DNA of 64,000 nt from Octopus sinensis (taxonomy: Eukaryota), in NCBI RefSeq assembly GCF_006345805.1, contig NC_043015.1, positions 3,782,001 to 3,846,000 of the forward strand, in the 5' to 3' direction. The first letter of the stretch is position 1. Each line of letters starts with the position of its first letter. The translations under genes and the position numbers were made by a program. Below the pieces are notes generated by a model that saw only the letters and a program-made list of their open reading frames with translations, did not search any database and was not told the DNA's origin. Of the stretch, positions 40,620-52,910 are shown piece after piece.

Positions 40620-41480
40620 CATGATGCCAAGGATTCAGCGGTACATATGTTTTGGGCCTTTATTAGACAGATTTATAACAATGCATAATGTATGTCTGTG
40701 GCCTTCTTCAGCCGCGCACAACAGCTTCCACAAGGACATGTGTTATATCAAAAATTCTTGGTTGGGGATGCAAATCCTCTCATTCGCGTACGACATAATG
40801 CGGCAACAGCATAGAATTGAAGCGTTCATCTCTTTCTTCTCTCAATGTAGAATGAGGAAATTTGGATGTTGAAATAATGTAAATAAATAAATACATATAT
40901 AGACGTGAAGATGGAGGGGCGAGAATTCAGGACGAAGGATAAAAAATATAAAAATGTAGAGTATAAAGATATAAAGAGATATAAGGAGATATAAAGGGGA
41001 TATAAAGAATATAAATAAATATAAATGAATATAAAGGCATAAGGTTATAAAGTAAAAATAGAAATAGAAATAAAAGTAAAAAAATAAAAATAGGAATAAA
41101 AATGATAAAAATGTAAAAAAATGTAAAAAAATATGAAAAAATATAAAGATAAGGGATGTATAGAGGTTACGGACCAAACATGGTGGTCAGGAAATTGACA
41201 AAATTTAGTTGTAGAAGCTTTGGGTGTCAATAAATCAACAGGGGCGTCTGGGGACCTAGTGTATTGTAAATCAGAGCTGTTGAGCGGTTAATCTAGTTCT
41301 TTGAATTAAGTGGTCATCTTGTACATATATAGATAGATCTTGTTAATACCTCAAAAATCAGAGTGCGCTAGCTGAATTTTCGACTTCAACCAGGTGTCAA
41401 ACTTCTCAAAATCCTTACTACGGTATCTGCGTACGTTGAGGTTGGAGTGACTAGTTTGTACAAAAATGCCATAAGTTGGT
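40620..41480 (-). mobile_element. Probable 3' end and terminal repeat of another Penelope-like element
   Basis: Same layout as 12.9-13.9 kb: decayed GIY-YIG-tail-like peptide (GINKIYLYMYKMTT*FKELD), then a pyrimidine-rich tract, then a hammerhead motif. The peptide match alone is weak. Confidence 0.4.
40638..40715 (-). ncRNA. Type I hammerhead-like motif with G12>A change
   Basis: Minus strand: GCGG CTGAAGA A GGCC-(long insert with ACAGA/TCTGT stem)-GGCC C AAAA CATATGT A CCGC. Stem I GCGG/CCGC, palindromic stem III ACATATGT, GUA triplet. Confidence 0.6.
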
Positions 41481-41968
41481 TTGACTTCATTATTACAACT
41501 TATACATGTGTGTGTATCAATGCGTGTATGTGTGTGTGTGTGTGTGTGCGTGTGTGTGTGTGTATGTTTGTACAGCTTTACCTTTAGAGTGAATCACAGA
41601 TATTTAGCAGAAAAGCCACGCTCAGATGATAGTTTTTGAGTAGGAATTATGCATATTCTTATCTCTCTGGGGTGTGGAAAAGAATGTAACTCCGGAGATT
41701 AACAGGAACGTCATATGAATTTTCCCCAATACAATATTATAGCACATAGTGCTAGAGACCCCTGTGAAAGTGCCTCATTCATACAAAGGATTGTCATTGC
41801 AAAGCTGGCCGGAAAATCTACATTTGTGCTGCTTATATCTAAGTGAATAACCAAGCGTTGTCACTACTCGAATTAGTGTTACGTACATCATTTAGAAACA
41901 TACATACACACATACATACATACATACATATATATGTATGTATGTATATATATATATATATACATACA

Positions 41969-42022
<54 letters not shown>

Positions 42023-42272
42023 GTAAAAGGGTAATAAAATTAATTATTATTACCAGTGATCTAGCACAAAAGACAAATTAGTCATTAGACAATATGTTAT
42101 TCATATATAAGTACATTAAAAGGCCTCTAATAGAAGAAGCAAGTACTAGATACACAAAAGGAGGATAAATTCATGAAATGAAAATCAAAAACGTTTACAA
42201 ACTCAGATCATCTTGTACTGCAGTTTCGTCTTTTTTTTAGCAGATGAATATAATTTATATCCTCCTTTTGTG

Positions 42273-42309
<37 letters not shown>

Positions 42310-43397
42310 AGTTATCTCAGTGAATAATTATAGCAATTTCCGCATTTGTCGGATACAAATTCTCTACCCTAATTCGACACTACATTTCATAATCTTCCGC
42401 AATATTGAATTTGTTAAGAAATCTCAGCTATAAGCAGTCAACAAGATAACAAATTGTGGTAGCAAATTTTTTAGTTTATGAAAAGCTAAAAGCGAATATA
42501 AAACATCTGCTTCGTATCCTCTCACGAAATTGAAAGTCTTCATGTTTTTATAAGAAATGTGTTTTCAGTTTTCAGTTTCATAAGGAATGTATTTTCAGTT
42601 AAAGATTCAAACGTATCCGGATTCATATGTTATTAATTCCACGTTAGATTCCTATGTCCGTTACTCCAACTAAATCTATTGTTTCCAACACATCTTTCCT
42701 AGATTTAACTCCAATGCAGATTTTTTTGTTTAGTTTCTTAAGCAGTCAAGGCGTGTGTAATATCAGCATTCGTATTGGCTCTGGTGACTGAGTACGAAAT
42801 TAATTTTGATTCATTCTGGCTTAGCATTTATATTCAGCAATATATATAATATATATAATATATATAATAAAATGTTTCCATCTACCATTTTATTTTCCTT
42901 GCATTGTAATACGCACTTATGAAGCAGATACGCAAGTTATAATTACGTTTTAACGCATTGTTCAGGCTATAATTAACATTTTTATAATAGATATTTCTCA
43001 GATCTTTTCCGTTAAAAATAGCATCTGAATAGCGATTGAAAATATGTGACTCACTCTTTGACTGCAATGTTGTACATATGACGATGTATTGTCGTCACAC
43101 TAGAAAAACAAGAAGCGTCACTGAAAAAGAGAAAACATATAGAAAGGAGCGCACACACGAACACAGAAAGACATATTTACAGAAACGCATGCATATAAGT
43201 TAATATCGGTTGAACCTTACTTACACAGGGAAATTTAATATAGACTTCATAGTTTCACATGATTATATGTGTATATATATAGATTCTGAGCAAAGCTGTT
43301 TTGATTTATACATGAAAGGCTCAATGAATGTGTTGAACGCCATTCTTTCGTTTGTCTACTCACACGTATAAATATATATATATATATACCTATATTA

Positions 43398-43703
43398 GGC
43401 GCAATGGTCCGGTGGTTAGGGCAGCGGACTCGTGGTCGTAGGATCGCAGTTTCGATTCCCAGACCGGGCAGTATGAGTGTTTATTGAGCGAAAAACCCTA
43501 AAACCGTCCACAAGGCTCCGGCCGGGGTCGGGGGCGATCCCTGCTGTACTCTTTTGCCACAAATTTCTCTCAATCTTTCCTCTGTTGACCTGCTCGCTTA
43601 TCCAGCGTGGTGGCGTCATTTGAAGGCTAAACAAAATGCAAAGCGCATTGTGACCAGCGATGTAAAGCAACATCTGATAGTCTGATCGGTCACGGTGATC
43701 ACG
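43398..43703 (+). mobile_element. tRNA-derived SINE, family C (tail type 1)
   Basis: GGCGCAATGGTCCGGTGGTTAGGGCAGCGGACTC..GTTTCGATTCCC head; TTGACCTG..CATTTGAAGG..GGTGATCACG tail as in 4331-4605. Confidence 0.88.
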
Positions 43704-44296
43704 CTGATATATATACACAGTGAGAGAGAGAGAGAGAGAGACAGAGACAGAGATTAGAGACAGGTATTTTTTTGTATAGAATACACTTCGCAGTGCTTAA
43801 GATATTTGGAATTTAGTAGGTAGAGGAGTAAATGTAAGGACAAGCAAGTCGATATACACACTATGTTAAAATCATTTAATACAAAAATGTATATATGTAT
43901 ACATATAAAATAACTCCGACTTACACAGACTAGAAATTATATAGGGTAGTAAGAAGGGGGGTGTAGGAGATTTACGAGATCAGCTGCTGTTTCTGGGGGC
44001 TTGGTGGCAAATGTAGATTCTTCCCCGAAGACGGAAGCTGGTGGTATGTGATGATGTAATCAAGTTACAAGCATTACATTGAACCACCAAGCCCGCAGAA
44101 ATAGCTGTTTGACTCGAAAAACATCTACTCTTGTTCCTTAATTCCTTACATCATTTCCATTCTGTGTACGTCGGACTTCTTTTATATGTATAAATATGGA
44201 TCTGGTTTGTATTAAATGTATTAATATTCTTTTGTATAGAGACTTCACTAACTTGCTTGTCATTATATTTACCCTTATATATGTATAAACAAATAA

Positions 44297-44413
<117 letters not shown>

Positions 44414-44425
44414 GGAGAGAGAGAG

Positions 44426-46594
44426 AGTAGAATTCCTCTACTTTGAACGTGTGCTACGTTCAAGTTAGAGGGTGCTGTCCAAATTACGGGAACAAAATGC
44501 GTAAGGGTGTTAACATATTTCCTCTTATATTTCCAACGTATATATTAAGGTGAGTGAATTCTATATTATAAAGAATCCTTAATTATCATTGCTAGGGAAA
44601 ATATGAAACTAAATGAATATTAAATAATATTAGTTGTTAGATATTTATTACATAAATTACCTGCATTTAACAACCAGTCAACTATATAGAATAATTTTAT
44701 TCATTCATTGAATAAGCTTCTTCACTTTCGTTTCTGTATTCCTTTGTCGAAACATTGGAGGCTGCCATTGCATTCCTGAAGCAATCACGAAATTACACTA
44801 TTTCCTGGTGCTGTAGTCTCTTTATGATCATATCCTTTCCAAGTGACGTTGCTTGCAAAACATAGTTGTCAATAAATTAAGGATTTCTTTCTATCATCTT
44901 ATCATATTTTATCATATCTCCATAGACTTTTCAGCCTCATTTACATTAGATTCACTCCAACGGAATCTGTTGCTGTCGCAGATTTCATGACCGCTATTTT
45001 CTTCAGGACATTGTTCAGTAGTTTCTTCGTCTTGTCGCCCCCGCATTTCAATTTCAAGTGATTGAGAAACTGTGTGTTTATTTGAAAGCGTGTAGTTTCA
45101 AGAATATTTTGTACTCCAGATTCATTCTCTGCCTCTCTCACTTCAAGAGCACTAGACGCTGGGTATAATGTTCCCCAGGCTGTTGTTAATGTGACTGCAC
45201 GAATCTGATTCCATGCAATTTCGATGAGAAAAATGGCATTTTGATGGTAAAATTGCGCTGGAAATCGCCTATACTAACATTGCTATTTATCATATTCATC
45301 ATGAAATCATTTCTGTAGAAAGAATTTAATCTCAAAATAATTCCTTGGTCCATAGGTTGCATGAGATATGTCACATTCAGTGGTAAGTAATACGCAAACT
45401 CATTCCCGCACGATGACAATAATATTGACTCGTGAGGATGTGCTCTACAATTGTCTAATAACAGCAGGCACCTTCAATGAGATTTACCTAATTCGTGAGA
45501 GCAGTTTTCTACAGCTGACACAAATTCTTGTATGAACTATTCAGTGAACAAGTGTTGATTTATCCATGCGTTTTTTTTTTTGAAGAATAATATGATACTG
45601 GTAAAGGTGAAACTCCTTTCAAAGCTCGGGGGCCCTTAGATTTACCAATGACAAGAAGCTAAAATTTGTGAGTACCAGAAGCATTAGTACATACCATCAC
45701 TGTAAGTCTCTCTTTGAATTGAATCCTTTTATTTTATGCTATTCTAATCCAGCTAATATTTTGGTGGGTAAGCACTTCCAATGTATACCAGTTTCATCAG
45801 CATGTTATATAATATCAAAGAGGAGCAGCATTCAAAATTTCTTCCCTGGTCTTTTTCATGTAGAACAGTGATCTCCTTCCAATCTTATAATCATTCAATA
45901 TATCACTATTTGCACTTCACGTATCTAATTTTTCTACAATTTGATGCTTTTCGAATAACTTGTTTCTTTTTAGAATCATATGTCACTATGAAGGGAGTTG
46001 ATTTATTCTATCATTTTAATTTTTTACAATAAGTTGACTATCAGCTGAACGCTGTTCCCCTGAATTTGTCAATTGCCGTATGCTATGTATCTCTTAAAAC
46101 GTCTAAGCCAGCCTGGCCTGAAGTTCATATCCTTTATGATATTCAACTCTTTCTTCAGAGATTTTGCTTTAACAATTAGCATTTGTCCTGATAGTGCTTT
46201 AGCTTCATTTCGCTTCGCTAAAATCCATTCTTGTAATATAATATCGAATTCTACTTGCTTTCGCCCATGAAGGGTCCTTCTTGCAATACATCACTAATTG
46301 CACTTACTGTATCTACGTTTTCTAGAATTTGAGGTTTTTCGAGTGTAAATTGTTTCTTTTAGAGTTATATGTCATTATGATCGGAGTTGCTTTGCACAAT
46401 ATTCCCAATACAATAAGGTAGTCTGGAAAGAAAGAAAATATACAGTCATTGGGAATTATCATTAGTTAATCTACATCAAATACACAATACCTAGATTAAT
46501 ATTTCAGCAGAATACCCGACAAAAACTTTTTAAACTGCCTCACTGCATGTCTCCATCGAATATACAAATATATTGTTGCGTTATGAATTCTACT
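44426..46594 (-). mobile_element. Decayed pogo/Tigger (CENP-B-like) DNA transposon
   Basis: Minus strand: FRPGWLRRFK..SGEQRSAD (HTH_Tnp_Tc5-like), LLLDNCRAHP and YLPLNVTYLMQPMDQGII (pogo DDE motifs). TIR tips AGTAGAATTCC (44426) and GAATTCTACT (46585), plus a subterminal palindrome CCTCTACTTTGAACGT/ACGTTCAAGTTAGAGG. Confidence 0.88.
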
Positions 46595-46600
46595 ATATAT

Positions 46601-46634
<34 letters not shown>

Positions 46635-46641
46635 GGAATTC

Positions 46642-46785
<144 letters not shown>

Positions 46786-47639
46786 TTATATATATATATA
46801 TGGAATTCTACTATATATATATATATATACATATAAGTTGAGACATATAATACACGCACAGATAAAAGGAAAAGAGGCACATACTGTGTCAGCAAATCTT
46901 TATCAGTCATCGACTAAAGGAGAAATGCAAAATCGTGCCGTCAAATGATTATATTGGTCTCCTCTGGTGGCGCCGGCAGCAGGAAGCTCCCCAAAATGAT
47001 GAGCAATTGAACAAATATGACAGAGAAAAAACTAACAAGAAATAAGCAAATATGGAATAGAGTTAATGAACACAAAGACATGAAATAAACGTGATTGAAG
47101 ATGGGATCACTGATGGACAAACGAGAGACGAGAACGAAAACAAACCAGACGTAATGTGCATATGCGAAGAAACTGAAGTAACTAAAAAGAATACGGCCTT
47201 AAGGCCAGCCAGACCGGAGACGGAAATATAGTTAATACCAAGAGAAATACCCTAAGGGATTAGAAAGAGATGGTCAAAAAAGAGACAGCAAAACGTGTTG
47301 AAAGTGGGAGACAAGAGAAAATACGAATAAGGAAAGATTATAAAAGATGACGAGAGAAATGTAGTAGAAAACTGAGAGAGATACAACGGGAAATAGAGGA
47401 GAGAGAAGGCTGTAACAGGTAACAGCACGCAAGTGTATAGAGGGAAGGGGAGAAGAAATGGTAGAGTGAGAGGAAGAAAAAGAGGGGGGCAGAGTGAAAG
47501 AAAGAAACCGAAAGGATAAAAACAGACGTACCAAAAGATTTTTTAAAATCTGTAAGCAAAATATGAGTGTGACATTGCATTTACTAATAAGTTAAAACAG
47601 ATATAATAAATACAAAAACATAGGGAATGATCATGTTCT

Positions 47640-47850
47640 TCTCTCTGTCATTAGACTGTGGCCATCCTGGGACATCACCTTGAAGCTTTTAGTCTACTAA
47701 ACACAAAGATACACTCGCACATACACACACACACACATGCACGCGCATGCACACGGTGGGCGTGTAAATACACATATAATCGATAGGCTTAGTATGTCAC
47801 GTAGTGGGATTGAACCTAGAAGCTTTTTATAATGAAGTAAACTTCTTACC
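47640..47850 (-). mobile_element. Degenerate SINE family A
   Basis: TCATT.GACTGTGGCCAT.CTGG..CA.C.CC and CACGTAGTGGGATTGAACC are reverse complements of the family A tail and head. Confidence 0.55.
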
Positions 47851-48551
47851 ATGAGTTAATCGCACAGATATGTAACTAAGAGAAATAGGTAAGAATCAGT
47901 GCGTCGCCATTTCATAATTCGTCCACATGAAAGTATTCTACTTTAGGTGGTTCTATATTGATTGAGAAAAGGATAATTTAAAGTATAAATATACACCGCT
48001 GAAACCTATTACCATTGTATACACAGTCAACAGCTTAATGCGATTAAAGAAAATATTTTCGCTGATTATACTATATCAACTTGTTAACCATTAACTAGAT
48101 ACCTGTAATAATATGCGTCAGAAATATATCAGAAATATCTAATATGAAACGAAATTAAAATAAACTTACATATTATTATGATATTTGCTGATATGTCAAA
48201 AGAAAGGAGCCAAACATATGTTTTAATACCCCTGTATTCATATGATTACTTAGCCAATTTTAAGTGATTTCAATTCCGCAGAAATCGGTGAAATCACATT
48301 TTATGTTAGTGTCATTCGGTGCTGCACACAATTATTGCGTCAACCGATATATTGAGTATAAAATAAGCTCGTGTTGTTAACATTAGCTCGTATTTCTGTA
48401 GATTAATAACAATCTAGAGGCTATCTAATCAGCACGTGTAATTATGATGGATTAACTAATTATTATTCGTAATAATTACAGCATTTGACGCTAATAGTTA
48501 ATATAGTCGTAACCCGCCGGCTTTTTGTGACTTGACTGACTGACTGCTTAC

Positions 48552-48735
48552 TGTAGTATATCGGTTCGACGTCTTTCCCTTTCGGGCATTCGGTGCGAGG
48601 CTGTGCAGGCATTGACATCTGCAAACACGGTGAAATCGTGATACGATCGGGCCATCCAACTGTGTAGATGATCGTTTCGTCAGCATATATTCAGTGCTTA
48701 ATGAGTACGAGTCGTCTACATCACAGTATTTCTGC
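48552..48735 (-). CDS. Candidate exon in a CpG-rich unique segment (alternative acceptors at 48735 or 48618)
   Basis: Donor CTACA|gtaagc; acceptors ttattaacag| and gtgtttgcag|. All three frames are open from the inner acceptor (e.g. VNACTASHRMPERERRRTDIL). No family recognised. Confidence 0.2.
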
Positions 48736-48924
48736 CTGTTAATAACAGTGTAAATGCGATGCAGTCAGCACATCCAAGTATGCTGCACGTAAAAATTATA
48801 AATAGACAATATGATATTCAAATATATAATCATTTTTAAAAAATCAAAAACACATCTTCTACATTATGGCTGAGAGATAACATCTCACGAATTAGCTTCC
48901 CTCAGCTTTCTCCACGGTCTTAAG

Positions 48925-49212
48925 ATGGCTTCTGACCTTAGCGCATGCGCTCATCACTACGTCGGTTTCTGTCGCGTATGTTTTTTCCCCAGTTGGATTA
49001 GACGCCAGTCCATCTCACCGTTACTCAAGAAACAGGAAGAGAGTGTGAGAGAAAGTGGTGGTGAAAGAGTACAGCAGGGGTCACCCCCTCCTGGAGCATC
49101 CTGGGGCTTTTAGGTGATTTCACTCAATAAACACACACGCAACGCCCGGGCTGGGAATCGAAACCGCGATCCTCCGACCGCGAGTCCGCTGCCCTAACCA
49201 CTCGGCCATTGC
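48925..49212 (-). mobile_element. SINE family C head with tail type 2
   Basis: Reverse strand CAATGGCCGAGTGGTTAGGGCAGCGGACTCGCGG.. then ..GAGTAACGGTGAGATGGACTGG..CCAACTGGGG..ACAGAAACCG. Confidence 0.8.
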
Positions 49213-50049
49213 ATTTCAACACACACACACACATACACACACACAGACACACACACACACACATATACATACATGATCACTGATATAAAAGCAGGAACTA
49301 TTTATGGATAGAGGAATTTAAATAGTTTTCAAAGTTATGTTAGTTTCAGGTTATATAAAATTTTGCGGGTATATGTCCGATGCTCTTTCTTCACTGGCTC
49401 TCCATCGTCCCCCGTACATGGTAGGTCGACGTAGAGCCACTATATATTTTTCTTTCTGCCGATTTCCTCTCAGTCGTTCTTTCGAATAGATTGTTAATGC
49501 TGCCACACCTTTGATCGTTTACGCTTCCCGTCTCAGCTACACTAGTCCTGTTATTGTCATTACTGTCAATGTTGGCCGTATTACTGCTGTTGTTGTTTTT
49601 GGTGCTGTGGTAGCTATCGTTGTTGTCATTGTGATAATTATTGTTGTAGTTGTTGCTGTATTTGTCACAGTGGGTGTTCTAAATGCTGGCTTTGCTGCAA
49701 GTGTTGTAGTTGTTATACTTGCTGTAGTAGACGCTTTAGTTTTTATAATTTTTACTGATGTAGTCTTCTTCTTCTTCTTCTTCTTCCAATCAGGACTCAC
49801 ATCCATTCTAGCCTACACTAAGCTACTAAGAATGCGTGTGGCAACTTGAAGATCCACCCACCACACGCGATAGACTGGCGGCTGCACGGGCGCGAAGCTA
49901 CATTGTTATCCTCATTCCGTAAACGGTGGCTTTTAACGTGTGGAGAGCTGAACCATCCTGGGTTAGAGAGGATTCACAATCTAGACAAGGGTCTGAAAGT
50001 TTTACCACACCACAGTGGGTTACACCATGGTTCCTCTGATTTGTGGCAG

Positions 50050-50180
50050 TAGGAAGAGTGAGAGAATGTTGTGGATCTTAGGTGTTTTTGCTCAATAAAC
50101 ACTCACAATTCCGGTCTGGGAATCGAAACCGTGTTCTTACGACCGCGAGTTCGCTGCCATAACCACTGGTTCATTGCGCC
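50050..50180 (-). mobile_element. Truncated SINE family C inserted in an (AAC)n/(ACC)n tract
   Basis: Reverse strand GGCGCAATGAACCAGTGGTTATGGCAGCG..GGTTTCGATTCCCAGACCGG. Confidence 0.8.
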
Positions 50181-50933
50181 AGTTGTTGTTGGTGGTGGTG
50201 GTGGTGGAAGAAGGATCATTGTCGCCGTCATCATTGTCAACAGCAGCCTGTCAGCCGTTGCTGTTAGAGGGCTTGTTGCTACTGTCATGTTCCCATTGTG
50301 GTTGTTTTTGTCACCAGTTCGTTCGCCGTTCACGCTATCGTTTCTGCTACTATGTGTTCTTTTGATGCCTGGATTAGAGTGTAGGTAGGTGTACAGTCTG
50401 TGATATCGACCCGTCGCCATGAAGAGCGCTCGTGCTCGTGTGAATACTATTCTATTTTATTATATTATTATTTATCTTATCTTCATATAGGTTACTAATG
50501 CATATCTGGGTGCATATGTGTATGCCCATTTCTTAATATATGTGCGGGTGCATGAGTCTGCATGTATGCGTGTTTGTGTCTGTGCTTGTGACAATTGTGT
50601 TGAACTTTTAACGTAGGATGAAGTGTTATGAAGTTTTATATTGACATGGAAAATTTTTATTGAAGAATATCTACTTTAGAAGTACAAATTTAATCATATG
50701 ATATTAATGGTGCTGATTTTATTGCTGCAACTACAAAGAAAAAGTAAAAAGAAATTAAATCATAACCACCGCACACTTGCACATGCGCACAAAATAAGTA
50801 TTAGCATAACACGAGAAGAAGTCAATCAAACTTTTAATGCCTTGATTCAGATAAGAAATCTGTTGAATTTAATACACTTGTTAGACTACCACTCCAGTAA
50901 TATTTTAATTTTAGATTTATTATTATTATTATA

Positions 50934-51098
50934 GGCGCAGGAGTGGCTGTGTTGTAAGTAGCTTGTTTACCAACCACATGGTTCCGGGTTGAGTCCCACT
51001 GCGTGGCACCTTGGGCAAGTATCCTCTTCTATAGCCTCGGGCCGACCAAAGCCTTGTGAGTGGATTTGGTAGACGGAAACTGAAAGAAGCCCGTCGTA

Positions 51099-51129
<31 letters not shown>

Positions 51130-51354
51130 ATGTGTGTGTGTGTTTGTATGTCTTTGTTTGTCCCCCTAGCATTGCTTGTCAACCTATGCTGGTGTGTTTA
51201 TGTCCCCAGCGGTTCGGCAAAAGAGAGCGATATAATAAGTACTTGGCTTACAAAAGAATAAGTCCCGGGGTCGAGTTGCTCGATTAAAAGCGGTGCTCCA
51301 ACATGGACACAGTCAAATGACTGAAACAAGTAAAAGCGTAAAAGAGTAAAGAGT
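50934..51354 (+). mobile_element. tRNA-derived SINE, family A (full length)
   Basis: Closely matches 14488-14915 over head, internal microsatellite and tail. Confidence 0.92.
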
Positions 51355-52084
51355 AATCAGCTCACATTTCTTTATATAAACTCAAGTCGATAAATAGAAG
51401 GCCCTTTTGGATGAGACGCCATTGGAGATAATCAATACGTCTGTTTCTGTATCTCGTTCGCAGTGTCCCTCGCAAACAAGCAGATACACATATATTAACT
51501 CACATGTACACCATCATTCAAACACATATATAAAAATGGAAAACAGGTGGTCGAAAGTCTTTGTTGGTCGCTCCTAAGCGCATTTTAAAATGTTGTCTAA
51601 CCCCAAAATATAGACACATATACGTAAATCAATGTACACATTAATCGACAATATTTGAAACGTCCTAAAGGGAAAAAATGCGTCAGAACGTTATGATAAA
51701 TCATAAATATAAATATTTCAGCAAATTTTCAAAATTTTATACTCTTCGTGACTCGCAAAGACACGTGCTCGCTCACATAATTAAACACTCACTCAAACAA
51801 AATCACAGTCACACACAAACACACGCGCGAGCGCACACGCACACATGCACACAAACACACTCTAACACACACACAAACACATACACAAACATACACTTAC
51901 ACACACAAGAACTTAGCATTTCTCAAAAATGATTTGCGTAAGATGTGTCATATATTAGGATGCTTTGAAAATATACATAACTAAATGAGATTGTATCGGT
52001 GTTAAAGCTATGAAAAATTTGAGCAAGCGTAGCTCTGCAGTGAAGCAACTGAGTGTTAAAAAGTTTGCTTCCACACAATATGGC

Positions 52085-52385
52085 TACGGTCACAATCACA
52101 CTCGTGGCATCTTGGGGTAATTGTTGTCTACGTTAGCCTTTAGCCGAGCAAGCCCTATTGCCTGCGTTCGGTAGATGTAAACAGATATAAGCCCATCGCA
52201 TATGTGTCTTTGTGTATGTGTTTGACGCCCACCACCACTTGACAACCGGCATTGGTGTATTTGGGTCCTCAAACCAAGCTGTTCAACAAAATATTTCTAT
52301 AGAACAAGTACCACGATTTAACACTATATTGAGATGCTGGTGTCAATTCGTTCCACTAAAATTCTACAAGGGGCTCCAATTTACT
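52085..52385 (+). mobile_element. Old, degenerate SINE family A-related copy
   Basis: CGTGGCATCTTGGGG..CACTTGACAACCGGCATTGGTGT..ATAGAACAAGTAC..GGTGTCAATTCGTTCCACTAAA align loosely with family A. Confidence 0.5.
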
Positions 52386-52409
52386 AAAAAAGAATATAAA
52401 ACAAATAGA

Positions 52410-52860
52410 TAGAGAAGACGGGAGAGGTATGCAGTAATAAATATCTGGAAGATCCTGGAAGGAATTGTGCCAAATTTTGGCATTGTAAGCTACACCAATG
52501 CTAGAACGGGACGACACTCATAGTGCCAAAGATCCCAGCACTGTCATCACGCTTCAGGACCAGCTTCTGCAACAGCCTGGGTTTCATGGGCCCACAGCTT
52601 TTTAATATTCTCCCAAAGAGGCTGGGGAAATTGCACAAAGTAGATGTAGCGGTTTTTAAATCAAAGCTGGACATCTTCCTGTCGAGATTCCCAGATGAAC
52701 CTACCTCACGGCAAGAGGTGCAAACGAGAGTAGCTATATCAAACTCCATTCTTCACCAAGTGCCACCTATTAGACGAGGTTCTTCGTAATAGCAGTGTAG
52801 CACAAAATGGCGGTGCATCAGCATGGCCGCAGCTCTGAGCTGCAACTAGAGAAAAAAAAA
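52410..52860 (+). mobile_element. 5'-truncated CR1-clade LINE: ORF2 C-terminus, 3' UTR stem-loop and A-rich tail
   Basis: RRRERYA..IWKILEGIVPN..R.GR..SFCNSLGFMGPQLFNILPKRL..VAVFKSKLDIFLSRFPDEP..NSILHQ matches the CR1-type ORF2 end; followed by GGCGGTGCATCAGCATGGCCGCAGCTCTGAGCTG..A-run. Confidence 0.85.
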
Positions 52861-52910
52861 TTAAAAGGAAAATTTAAAATTAATATTTACTGAGAATGCT
52901 AGATCTCGTC

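Noticed and set aside
46950-47540. Purine-rich stretch after TGGTGGCGCC as an LTR primer-binding site/gag or APE endonuclease (KPDVMCICEET)
   Set aside because: No LTR, multiple stops and only a single weak motif.
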